A model generated the notes under the pieces. The model had not been told where the DNA came from. It saw nothing but the letters and a program-made list of their open reading frames with translations, and searched no databases. This document shows, piece after piece, positions 11,791 through 64,000 of a stretch of 64,000 nt of DNA. This stretch comes from Octopus sinensis (lineage: Eukaryota). The stretch spans positions 19,840,001-19,904,000 of the forward strand of contig NC_043023.1 of NCBI RefSeq assembly GCF_006345805.1. Reading direction: 5' to 3'. The position numbers and the translations under genes were made by a program. The first letter of the stretch is position 1. Each line of letters begins with the position of its first letter.

Positions 11791-13099
11791 AGTATTTTGG
11801 GTTCAGGGTAGATTGTCTGTACAGCGGGGTATTGTGTGTAGTTGTGGCCTTTGAAGTTTGTTGTGGTTGGTAGAGCAGATAATGGGGGTCTTGAGTCAGA
11901 CTGGCACCATCTCTTTCTAGTTGTTTCTCTCTTAATCAAATGCAGTACCTGTAATTCATTTAATTGTATTTGTGCAGCATCATCATTTAACGTTCCTTTT
12001 TCTCCTGATGACCTGGGTTGGATGGTTCCAGATGAACTGACAGGCTAGGCAGCTGTGCCAAGATCCAATATCTGCTTTGGCAAGGTTTCCACACCAGAAT
12101 CATCGTCATCATCATTTTAATGTCTGCCTTCCATGCTGGCATGGGTTGGACGGTTTGACAGGAGCTGGCCTGGCAGAAAGCTATCCCATGCTACTATGTT
12201 TCTTTTGGCAGGGTTTTACGCCTGTGTGCCCTTCCTAACATCAACCACTCCTCAGAGTGGACCGAGTGCTTTTTATGTGGCACAGGCACAGGTAAGGTCA
12301 GTTTTTTTGGCAAGGTTTTTACAGCTCAAAACCCTTCCAAACAGAAACCACTTTACTGTGTGGACTTGATTATTTTTAACGAGGCACCAGCACTGGCAGG
12401 GTCAAATCTTTGAGAGGGGAGTGGGTCTTGGAAGAGGGGGTTTTTGTGTCAGATGATGAAAGGTTTGAATGTGACAGAGAGGTAGGAACTGGTGTCTTAC
12501 TGTTTCTACACAGGTGCTCTTCCTAATCCCAGCCACCTCACAGAGTGTGCTGGGTACTTTTTTTTTGGTGGGTACCAGCACAGGTGAGGTCATCAAGTAA
12601 CTTGAAAAAATGACTCCTTGACTCAATGGGTTATAATATTGACGGATGATGGAAGAGGAGCAGAGTGAAATGCTTTGCTGAAGAGGTGAATCCATGGTTG
12701 TCCATCTGGAAAAGAGGAAAGTACAAGGTGCATATGAAGGTGCAAAGATGATACAAATGTGGTTCCTCGCTGTTTTTTACCTGTGGACCTTTTTAATTCC
12801 TATTTAGCTCTACTGAAATTCTACATCCATTTGGTGTTTTATAAAATCCTGTTGTTTCTACAATTAAACATTATTAGGAATCCATCATCATCATCATCAT
12901 TGCTTAACACCTGTTTTCCTTGCTGACATGGGTTGGACAGCTTGACATGAACTGGCAAAGACAGGGGCTGCACCAGGTTCCATATTCTACTGTTTTCTTC
13001 TCTTGTCTTGTAACAGCATTCACCCAGCAGGGGTTAAGCCAGCTCCTATTGAGTTCCTATTGAATATTTTCACTCCACCTACTAGGACGCTTGCAAGTC

Positions 13100-13425
13100 A
13101 GCAATCCAACTGACTTTTTTATCACTGCAGATATAAAAACAGAGGCAGTGATGATCGATTACATCAATATAAAGGAAGATGATGTGATAAGGGCTATAGA
13201 TGATATGAACCCAAACTCAGCAAATTTCAGAACTTGAGGCAATCCAATGAAGCTACACAAAGCCTCTATGCAGTATATAAGCTATTGGGAAAGACTCAAG
13301 AGATTAAGACTATTCCTTAGAGCTTAGGTGAAAAAGATATGCCATAATATACATCTGGAAGGACTTGTCCCAAACTTTGGTATTGTGAGTTGCACAAATA
13401 CTAGAACTGGGCGCCACTGCAATGT
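13100..13425 (+). mobile_element. Internally deleted CR1-like LINE relic (second family)
   Basis: IDYINIKEDDVIRAIDDMNPNSA joined to SYWERLKRLRLF...TRTGRHC; shares gaactgggcgccactgca with 61371-61757. Confidence 0.65.
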
Positions 13426-14096
13426 AAAGTATATGATTTAGAATAAGAATAGTTTTTCTGTTGTAGTCAAGTCAGGGATCTCATCACAGGCAGATGAGAT
13501 CTGCTACACCTGATTTTTCTCCCCTCCATACACACGCAAGCATCTATCTGACTCACACACTGTTCGCTTTCCAGATATTTGTACATTACTGCATATACTT
13601 TATACGCACTTTTTGATAAGTTGTGGTGCACCTGAGCAATGTATACAATAATTTCATTATTATTATTATTATTATATTATACTGGTACCATGGAAACCAG
13701 TAGTGTCTGTTTCATGGTTGAATGGTCAGTCAGTAAAGTAGCTCTTCTAATTGATGAATATACTACCTGTGATTCCTTTTACTCATTTCAGTCATGTGTA
13801 TGTGGCCATGCTGGGGCACTACCCTGGGGAATTTTAGTGAAATTGACTCCCTCCTCCCAAATACTCTTTTTGTTTTTTAAACCTGTTATTTTATTGGTTT
13901 CTTTTACCAAACTTTTAAGTCACTGGGATGTAAACACACCAACACCAGTTGTGAAGCGGGTGACAGAGACAAACACACACAGGCTATAGTAGAACCCGGA
14001 ACCATGTGGTTGGTAAACAAGCTACTTACCACACAGCCACTCCTGTATATATTATTATTATTATATATTATATATATATATTATATATATATATTA

Positions 14097-14139
<43 letters not shown>

Positions 14140-14574
14140 AGCAGAGATATCCAGTCTTGCTTGGGATTAAATTGGCATAGTTTTTTTATTGTTCTACATG
14201 TTTCAGTCATGTGACTGTGGCTTGTGCGGCCATGCTGTAGCACCACCTTTTGGTTGAAGAAATTAACCCCTGGACTCATTCTTTGTAAGCCTGGTACTTA
14301 TCCTATCAATATCTTCTGCCGAACCACTAAGTTACGGGGACGTAAACAAACCAACTTCAGTTTCTAAGCAATGGTGGGATGGAAGAAACACATATACACA
14401 CATATATATATTAATGGTATGATAACAAAAGAATATATGAGACCTTGATATTATGTAAATAGGGGAATTTATCTGTAATATGATATGTGATGATCTGGGG
14501 GATGGGTTGTCTCTATTTTTCCTTTAAAGCTCATACAGCTTGTGAAAAACCAAATAATTGTCACATATTATATT

Positions 14575-15015
14575 GCAGATAAGTTAAGTTAATTTTTTGG
14601 CTCAAAAAGCAAAAAGCAAGGCCATGTAGGGGAACATGGAGTTATGTACAGGGTGGTGTTCATGTAAAGAGTTCAGGCCACTTGTGGTCAAGGGAGACTT
14701 TGAACCGAGCAGTCGTCGGCATCTTCACCATCTCGTCCGGCAGCTTATTCCATGGATCTGCAACCCGGACGGAGAAAGCCCCTCTCCTTCAATTGAGATG
14801 AAATCGTCACAGATAGAGCTTTTCGGAATGACCCCGCAGCCGACGCTCTGGAGCAGGAGTGAAGAACAGCTCTTTTGAGAGGTTACACTTTCCGCTTATG
14901 ATGTTGTGAGCGAGAATGAGATCACCACGGCATCGTCGTTTTTCTGGAGAATAAAGGTCGAGCGTCTTCAGCCTTTCTTCATAAAACAAATGCTTGAGAC
15001 CAAGAACCATATGCA
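14575..15015 (-). mobile_element. CR1-like LINE 3' fragment (copy 2)
   Basis: HMVLGLKHLFYEERLKTLDLYSPEKRR...; 3' UTR and (taact)n-like tail at about 14575-14595. Confidence 0.85.
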
Positions 15016-17757
15016 GACATGACGGGCTTCTTTCTGTTTCCATCTACCAAATTCACTCAGAAGGTTTTGGTCAACCTGGGGCTATAGTAGAAGACACTTC
15101 TCCAAGGTGCCATGCAGTGGGACTGAACCTGGAGCCATGTGGTTGAGAAGCAAACTTCTTATCACACAGCCACACCTGCACTTAGATGTGTTTGTTGTGA
15201 ATGTTGTGGAAGCGTTTTGTGCAACCCTAGTTTTTCTATCTTCTGTCTGTGATGGTTGGTTGCATGTAGTATCATCTGCGTATGAGGTTGTCTGTAGATT
15301 TGGTGGAGTGATGTGGGACTGTCCTGTGGTTTATGACCTAAAAGAGGGTTCGGGATTTGGTGTTATTGCTTTGGTCTGCTACATGTAGACAGTGGATGGC
15401 TGGTGAAACAATTTAGGGTGACCCATACAGCTGTCGTTCCAGCCATGTAGCATATCTTCACCTGGTTAAGGTCCTACATATGATGTTAAACTGCATCAAG
15501 TTGTGGTGTTCTGGTTTGTGAGACCCAGAGTTTTGCAGAGTGTGGAACCATCCCTTAGCCACTCTTGTTCCCAGGTCACCTCTTACCCAGAATAATAACA
15601 CCTGCCTCTCAGGGCCCCAGCTACAGGTTAACTAGCATGTTATGGAAGGGATTCCAAGCACAAACCCTAACTGCCCCGTGAGAGCCTTGGGAAAAGAAAA
15701 GGCTCAGGGAGTCAACTTTGATAGCAAACCAAGGAGCAAAGTCCCTCAAGTTGTCCTGTTTCCTCTTTGACACCCTTCTGGCAACTCCAGGGTAGACGGA
15801 GTTCTTTGGCCCTGCAATGCAGTCCACCCAGAAGGTCACTGCAATGTAAAACCTACAGCTTCCTGGTCACTGCACCTGTCTTAGCTTGCTGAGACTCTGT
15901 GCAGGCAGGAAGATAAGCCCTGCAGCATTAGGGATTAGTTTGCATAAACACTCAAGGGCAAGCTGGTCTTCACACCACCATCATCATCACTTGGTTAAGG
16001 GTCACACTGTGTACTCTAACATATAATGGTTTATTGTATGGGATGTAGTGTGACAGTTTGAACATGTACTCTCTCCATTGCCCCCTTTATTAAGGACCAT
16101 ATTGAGTACTCTGGCAAACATGATGCCCCCCCCTTGTTGGGTGATGGTATGACATGTGGTGGCAGTTTAACCCTTCAGCATGTAAACCAGCCTTAGCCAG
16201 GACCCAAATATTCTTCCTGTTTTATGATCAAACTGGCCAGATCCCACCTCTCACACCTACCCTAAAATGCCATTCTAAAACTAAACAATCACATCATCAA
16301 AATCTGAAAGCTATGAGATAATCCAGGATTAATTCAAAACAATGGGAATAAATAGACATTTTACATTTGACAGAATAATCTGAATGCTGAAAAGGGTTAA
16401 TAAAAACGAAAGGAGGTGACTATTGTGCTGCATGGCTCAGTGGTTAGAGCACTGGGCTCACTCTCATGAAACAGTGGGTTCGATTACCAGACCGGGCTGT
16501 GTTGTGTTCTTCAGCAAGACACTTTTTTGTTTCACGTTGCTCCAGTTCCCTCAGTTGTAGAAATGAATTGCAATGTCTCTGGTGCCAAGCTGTATCAGCC
16601 TTTGTTTTTCCCTTGGATAGCATCGGTGGCACAGAGGGGAGGCTGGTATGCATGGGTGACTGCTGGTCTTCCATAAACAACCTTGCCTGCGCTTGTGCCT
16701 TGGAGGGAACTCTCTCGGTGCAACCCCATGGTGATTTATGACCAAAGGGGGTTTGCTCCAGGAGGTCTGTCCTGATCCAGACAGACTTATATAACCATCC
16801 TATCATTTACTCTGTCACAGTGTATCTAGGACTACATTATCTAATGTATAGTATAATAGTTAGTGTTAGTAGCTATAATTGTTGTTGTTGTTTAACCCTA
16901 GGTCAGTCCTGATCCAGATAGACCTAGGATGAAAGATGTCCCATCTGTGACTACCCTGTCTTTTATCCAGTCATAGTGTATCCAGGACTACATTATCTAA
17001 TGTGCTTTTCCTTGTCATCAAAATTCAAGAGTGAGGTTTGTGAATATGCTGTGACTCTTATTTCTAGCAAACTGATTGACCACATAAAAGAAGTTTTCTC
17101 GACGGTTCGATGACATCATAATTGTTGTTGTTGTTGTTACGGCAGCCTCTTCTGTCTTTGCATTCCACCCTTCCTCCTCATCTTTACACAGCAAACACGT
17201 CATCTCATAGACAGAACACACAGACAGAGTTATATAGACACGCACGCACACACACACATGAACACACAGACAGACACACAGACAGATACAGACACACAGA
17301 CACACTGACTGCGTATTGTTGCTGCTGTTCTCTGTCACTGCTGCTTTATCTGTTGCCATGGCAACTAGTGGTTGCCAAGGCTGGAATCTTAGTTGTCATT
17401 GTTGTGGCAGTGGTGGTGGTGGGAGGAAATGGGTGTGGGTGGGGTGGAGCCCCCCCCCCGTCATTGTCTTCAGACATTTTGCAGCTGTTTTGTAGTGGCA
17501 TCATCATCACCATCACCACCACTACCATGACCAATATCATCATCATCATCATCATGTCACCACCACCATTATTAACATCATCATCACCATCATCAGTCTC
17601 ACAATCACCACCACCTCCCTCCACCCACAGTCTTCTCTATTCCATTAGTGTGTCTATGTTTTGGACTCTGTGTGTGTGTGTGTGTGTGTCTCTGTACAGA
17701 CATATATGTAAGTACAGGTAAATAATTGGAAATGGAATGAATATTTTTTATTTAAAG

Positions 17758-17861
17758 TCACTACAATTGTTTCAACACATTTCTACACCTGCATTACGTT
17801 GGTGAGGTGTTGTGTAATCATCATCACCCATCCAAGGTGTAAAATGCACCTCCTCAGGTGA
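17758..17861 (-). ncRNA. Type I hammerhead fold with extended stem II (family D)
   Basis: UCAC-CUGAGGA-GGUGCAUUUUACACC-[46 nt]-GGUGUAGAAAUGUGUU-GAAAC-AAUU-GUA/GUGA; 15-bp stem II with one bulge; same palindromic stem III as family A. Confidence 0.75.
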
Positions 17862-18690
17862 TTCTTTAAATAAGTCCCTCATTGGATCATCTTGTTATTT
17901 TACTCAGTTTGAGAATCCAAACCTAAAGTGATGTGAAGGCACATGGTTCAGCGGTTAGAGCATCAGGCTCACAATATGCGGTAATGAGTTCAATTCCTGG
18001 ACTGGGCTGTGTGTTGTGCTCTTTGTTTCTGTTTGCTCCAGTTCATTCGGCTGCAGAAATGAGTTGTGACATCACTGGTGCCAAGTTGTATTGGCCTTTG
18101 TCTTTGGACAACATCAGTGGCACGGAGAGGAAAAGCCGGGAGTCGGAAACCAAACCAGATATTGTGTGACAGATGAACAAATTGAGCCTTATTATTATTA
18201 TCATTATTATTAAGGTGGTGAGATGGCAGAATCATTAGCACACTGGACAAAATGCTTAGCAGTATGTCATCTGCCAGTACGTTCTGAGTTCAAATTCTGC
18301 CAAGGTTGACTTTGCCTTTCATCCTTTCGGGGTCAATTAAATAAGTACCAGTTATTCACTAGGGTCGATGTAATTGACTCGGTCTCTTCCCCCAAATTTG
18401 AGGCCTTGTGCTTCCACTAGAGAGGATTATTATTATTATTTGTAGTAGTAGTAGTAGTAGTAGTAGTATCACTATTATTAAGGCTGCAAGCTGGCAGAAT
18501 AATTAGCACATTGGATCAAATACTTTGCAATATTCCACCCTTCAAGATGTTCTCAGTTCAGAATCAACCAAACTCAATAAATTATGCAACAGTGAAACAC
18601 TTCTCACAAAATTTCAGACCTTCTGCCTTTAGTAGAAAGGATTATTATTATTATTATTATTATTATTGGTTTGTTTTTTATCTTTTCCAG

Positions 18691-59995
<41,305 letters not shown>

Positions 59996-60097
59996 TCTCT
60001 GCTCGACCACACTGGAACCTCACCTCACCTCACCAAACATCAAACATCATCGTGGTCCCTTCAAACCACTTCTTCCTCTCCCAACACTACTATCACC

Positions 60098-60136
<39 letters not shown>

Positions 60137-60324
60137 AGTCTCCCTCTCTCTATCAACCTCCACCCCAACCATACCCACCACCACAACTTTGTCACATAAA
60201 CACACACAACTATGAAACTGTGATGACACCGACCCCCTCCGAAAGTCTCCCCCCCTCTACCGCCTGCACCAACACGCAACACCCAATATCCATCAAGCTG
60301 AGCTATACAGTCACCTAAGCTGTA

Positions 60325-60670
60325 AAGAATAGCAGCCAAATCTCCCTCAAATAACACCGAACTGGTTTGTGTATGTATAAGCCAATGAGGGGCACCTGTA
60401 TGTGATACCTAAATCTGCTAGAAATAGCAGCCAAGTTTCCTTCAAATCACCCCCTACTCTCTTATCTATGTATATATGTATGAGACAATGTGGGACACCT
60501 CTACATAATAGCTAGACCAGTTATAAATAGCAGCCAAATCTCCCTCAAATCACACTCTACTGTCATATCTCTATATATCTGTATGAGCCAATGAAGGACA
60601 CCTTTACATGATAGTTAAACTTGTTAGAAACAGCAGTCAAATCTCCTTCATATCACACCCTACTGTCTCA
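60325..60670 (+). repeat. Four degenerate copies (period about 100 bp) of atagcagccaaatctccctcaaatcac downstream of the ST7 stop
   Basis: Motif at about 60329, 60424, 60527 and 60630; dispersed single copies near 4080, 5672, 5885 and 6165. Confidence 0.75.
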
Positions 60671-61370
60671 ACAACAGGAAGAACACATAGGCCAATGCCA
60701 ATCTTGATATATGATATATGAACGAAAAGCTGGATGGCCATGGCTAGAATTCCTCTGACCATGGTTCTGCTCATTCAGGACTGACCTAGGGCTAAACAAA
60801 ACTATACCAATTTGTCTTTCTCTTTATTTAACTCTCTCCCACTTTCTCCTCAACAACACAACACCTATTACAAGAGTACCCCTTCCTCCAACAAAACCAT
60901 CTTACAATGTGATTCCCTCTTGTCCACATGAGGGCTTCATCACTCAAACAGCCCTCTCGCCACCCCCCTCCCACCTGTACTTCAACCTTTCCATCCATCC
61001 AATCTACCAGCTCCTTTACCCACCCTCTCCATACCCCTGCAATATGGACTCCTGGCTATTTTGCCATTTGAACTCTTCATCCGACCTTTGCTACTTAAAT
61101 ATAAACATCTTAACTCAACCTGTTGTCTGTGTTTGTTTTGTTTATTCTCCTTGAAGGTACAGTAGATATATATATGAGTGCAGGAGTGGCTGTGTGGTAA
61201 GAAGCTTGTTTCCCAACCACTTGGTTCTAAATTCAGTCCCACTGTGTGGCATCTTGGGCAAGTGTCTTCCACTCATTTGTGAGTGGATTTGATAGACGGA
61301 AACTGAAAGAAGCTCAATATATATATATATATATATATATAATTATATTTATTTATATATATATATATAT

Positions 61371-61757
61371 TGATTGATTGATTGATTCTAGTTTCAGCTC
61401 ACGAGCTGTGGCCATGCTGGGGCACCGCCATTTGGTGTTGCTACATGGTTTTACTTTTTAGCAACTACCATTTGGTGCATGAGAGAGTTCGATGCAGCTG
61501 CCCTCATCTGCACCTCTTGCCGTGAAGTTGGTTCATCTGGGATACCTGACAAGAAGAGATCCAGTTTCATTTTAAAGACATCTGCATCCACCCCATGCAG
61601 GTCTCTTAGGTTCTTTGGGAGGATATTGAAGAGCTGTGGGCCTTGGAAGCCCAGGTTATCACAGTATCTTGTTCTACATCTTGATGGCAAATTTGGAGTC
61701 CTTGGCACTATGCAGTGGCGCCCAGTTCTGGCATTTGTGTAACTCTCGATGCCAAAG
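61371..61757 (-). mobile_element. CR1/L2-group LINE 3' end with (aatc)n tail
   Basis: GPQLFNILPKNLRDL..FKMKLDLFLSGIPDEPT..AAASNSL; 3' UTR hairpin, then the (aatc)n tail. Confidence 0.85.
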
Positions 61758-62091
61758 GAATGTATAAAGGAGTGAAAGGGAGAGAGAGAGAAGCTTAGCG
61801 ATATATATATAAATGTGTGTGTTTGTGTGTGAATGTGTGTATTTGTGTAAATGTGTGGTGTGTGTGTGTGTGTACGCAGAGATTGTGATCGGTGATAGAA
61901 AACAAGAGAATTGGGGTGATATATATATATATATATATATTAAATATATAATATATTATATATATATAAATAATATTATATATATATAATATATATATAA
62001 TATATATATATATATAATATAAATGTGTGAGTATGTATGTATGTATATATATATATATATATATATAAATATAAATGTGTGAGTATGTATG

Positions 62092-62128
<37 letters not shown>

Positions 62129-62538
62129 CAGTAAAAGCAATTAAGATTCAAGTGAGTTCTATTGAATTCACTTAAATGCAGTACTTAACTTAGATGCACC
62201 AGAAAACTGTAGGGTATTATATATTTACCTAAATATATATATATATATATTTCTACATACAAAATTTAAAGGGCTGACCACTAAAAATGTACCGTCAACA
62301 TGCTAGATATAGACGTCAAATCGCTATTTTCCACAAAGAATATGTTCTCAAATATAATGACAGAACATGCTAACGAGATTACAGTTTATCCTTGCGGATA
62401 ATAATAATCAAAACTGATTCAGTACATGGGTAACTCATTTTTATTTCGTATATTTTCATTTGTCTTGCTTATTTTTAACGCTTTGGTATTGTGCTGAGTT
62501 TTTATTGGGACAAGTCCTTCAAGGATCTTCCAGATGTA

Positions 62539-64000
62539 CACTTGCGTCGGAAATTAATTAGCACTTCTCAAATTTCTACATTTTCTTACATTTTCTTAAT
62601 TTAATTAACTTATTATCAGAAACGAACTCGTTTATAATCAAAAATTTATTAAAACATATCCCAGCACACCACATAATTGTTATTAATCGTGAAATTTAGT
62701 CAATATCTTGTTGCTCCTCCTTTGGCAGCAATGACAGCTGCTACGCGGGTCGGCATGCTGTCTATGAGTGCCTGCAGGTACTGTGCAGGGATGGCCCTCC
62801 ATGCAGCAAGAAGTGCCCCAAACAGCTAGTGTCGGTTCAGGTCAGGTGACTGGCCAGGCCTGTCCATGACTGTCACCCCATGGTCCTTGAAGAAACCGGT
62901 TGTGAGCTTGGCTGTGTGGGAAGGCACGTTGTCCTGTTGGAGCACGTACTCCTCGCCACCAAAGAGGTATCCCGTATTATCTCAACGCACTTTGCTGCGT
63001 TGATGTTGCCTTCGACGGCATAGAACCGCCCAACACCACTGTAGCTGAACGCCCCTCACACCATCAGACCACCCCCACTATGCTTCATGGTGAGAGCAAT
63101 GCAGTCTTTGTTGAAGCACTCACCCCTGCGGCGTCGCACATGGACAGGCTTGTCACTGACGAGACTGAATCGCGACTCGTCAGTGAACATCACTGTCCAC
63201 CACTGCTGCACGGTCCATGTCTTGTGGGCACGGGCCCAGAGCAGCCGCCTCTTCCAGTTTTGGGCTGTAAGGAGCGGCCCTACAGGATTTTAGACCAGCT
63301 TCCAGTAATCTGGTCTTGACGGTGGTTGTAGACAACTGCTTCCCTGTCATCTTTTGCATCTCCTCCGCCAGTTGCTGGCTCGTTGCCCTTCGGTTGTACA
63401 GCGACTTTCGGATCAGCATCCGGTCCTCCCGCTGGGTCGTCAGCCTCTTCCGTCCCCTACCCTTTTTGTCAGCTGCTGATCCAGTTTCCTCGTATTTCTT
63501 AAATAAGCACTGAATTGTGCGCCTGGCTACACCAAGTTTTCTGGCTATTGCAGCCTCCGACAGCTTCCCACGCCACGAGAGAGCCTCGTACCATCTCTCC
63601 AAGGTCATGCGAGGTCTTGGGCCTATCTAGGAATGAACGATAAAAACCAGTTATTTTCATTAAAACTATTCATTTGAATAATGTTATGCTATAACAAAAC
63701 TGCTATGAGTTATTATTCATTAAACAAAAAAGAAAGAAAGCAGAATTTCTCACCTTATTTGATGTATAACAGAAAGTTTTGTGAACCAGAAGTGACGTCA
63801 TCAAGCAGAGTGTAGGAGAATTTGTGAGGAAAAAAAATCTTGCAAATACACAAATCATTTAACCTACGAGCTGTTCAAAATGTCTTACGCGATGAGAAAA
63901 CTTAGTACGGTGTGATTTCGGTCCTTGCGAGGCGCTACCTATATCTATTAAACAAAGGAAGATTTGTCTGCATCCGCACTCCAAGTTGTTGTTGCACTGC
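62539..64000 (-). mobile_element. Tc1-family DNA transposon (one end in window)
   Basis: TA followed by cacttgcgtcggaaattaattagcac at 62539 is a candidate TIR downstream of the transposase; the matching TIR was not seen, so it probably lies beyond 64000. Confidence 0.75.
62700..63626 (-). pseudogene. Tc1-like (DD34E-type) transposase, frameshifted
   Basis: HTH IARKLGVARRTIQ..GRGRKRLTTQREDR; catalytic-region motifs VMFTDESRF, QQDNVPSHTA, PGQSPDLN (third acidic residue lost), C-terminal SMPTRVAAVIAAKGGATRY*. Confidence 0.9.

Noticed and set aside
15390-15950. Complex segment with VRVCAWN on the - strand, faintly like a LINE endonuclease start
   Set aside because: No further endonuclease motifs recognisable and many stops. 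Cannot be supported without a search.
1-18690. Search for ST7 exon 1 or a second host gene upstream
   Set aside because: No ORF or spliceable segment with recognisable non-transposon homology was found by eye.
62700-63626. Possibility of an active or domesticated Tc1 transposase
   Set aside because: Frameshifts, an in-frame stop and loss of the third catalytic residue after SPDLN.

Overview
Repeat-rich animal genomic DNA, most likely octopus (coleoid cephalopod), judged from its tRNA-derived SINE families and (TA)n/(CA)n microsatellites. One protein-coding gene is supported: an ST7 (suppression of tumorigenicity 7) homolog on the + strand. I traced 14 coding exons (18691-59995) by hand; all have GT-AG boundaries and consistent phases. 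The first coding exon was not found. The rest is SINEs, LINE fragments (CR1-like, RTE, Penelope-like RT), DNA-transposon relics (Tc1, mariner, hAT) and tandem repeats, including a 10.7-kb 18/19-bp satellite that fills most of one ST7 intron. Main observations: (i) four different complete type I hammerhead ribozyme folds, all on the - strand, three of them within or paired with inverted repeats, plus several core-damaged copies on the + strand and a fossil Penelope-like RT; (ii) the satellite appears to have been amplified in place from about 18 nt of an RTE LINE 3' end and has higher-order block structure; (iii) a CR1-like LINE and the commonest SINE share a 3' stem-loop with compensatory changes. 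No searches or folding programs were run. Family assignments rest on recalled motifs.
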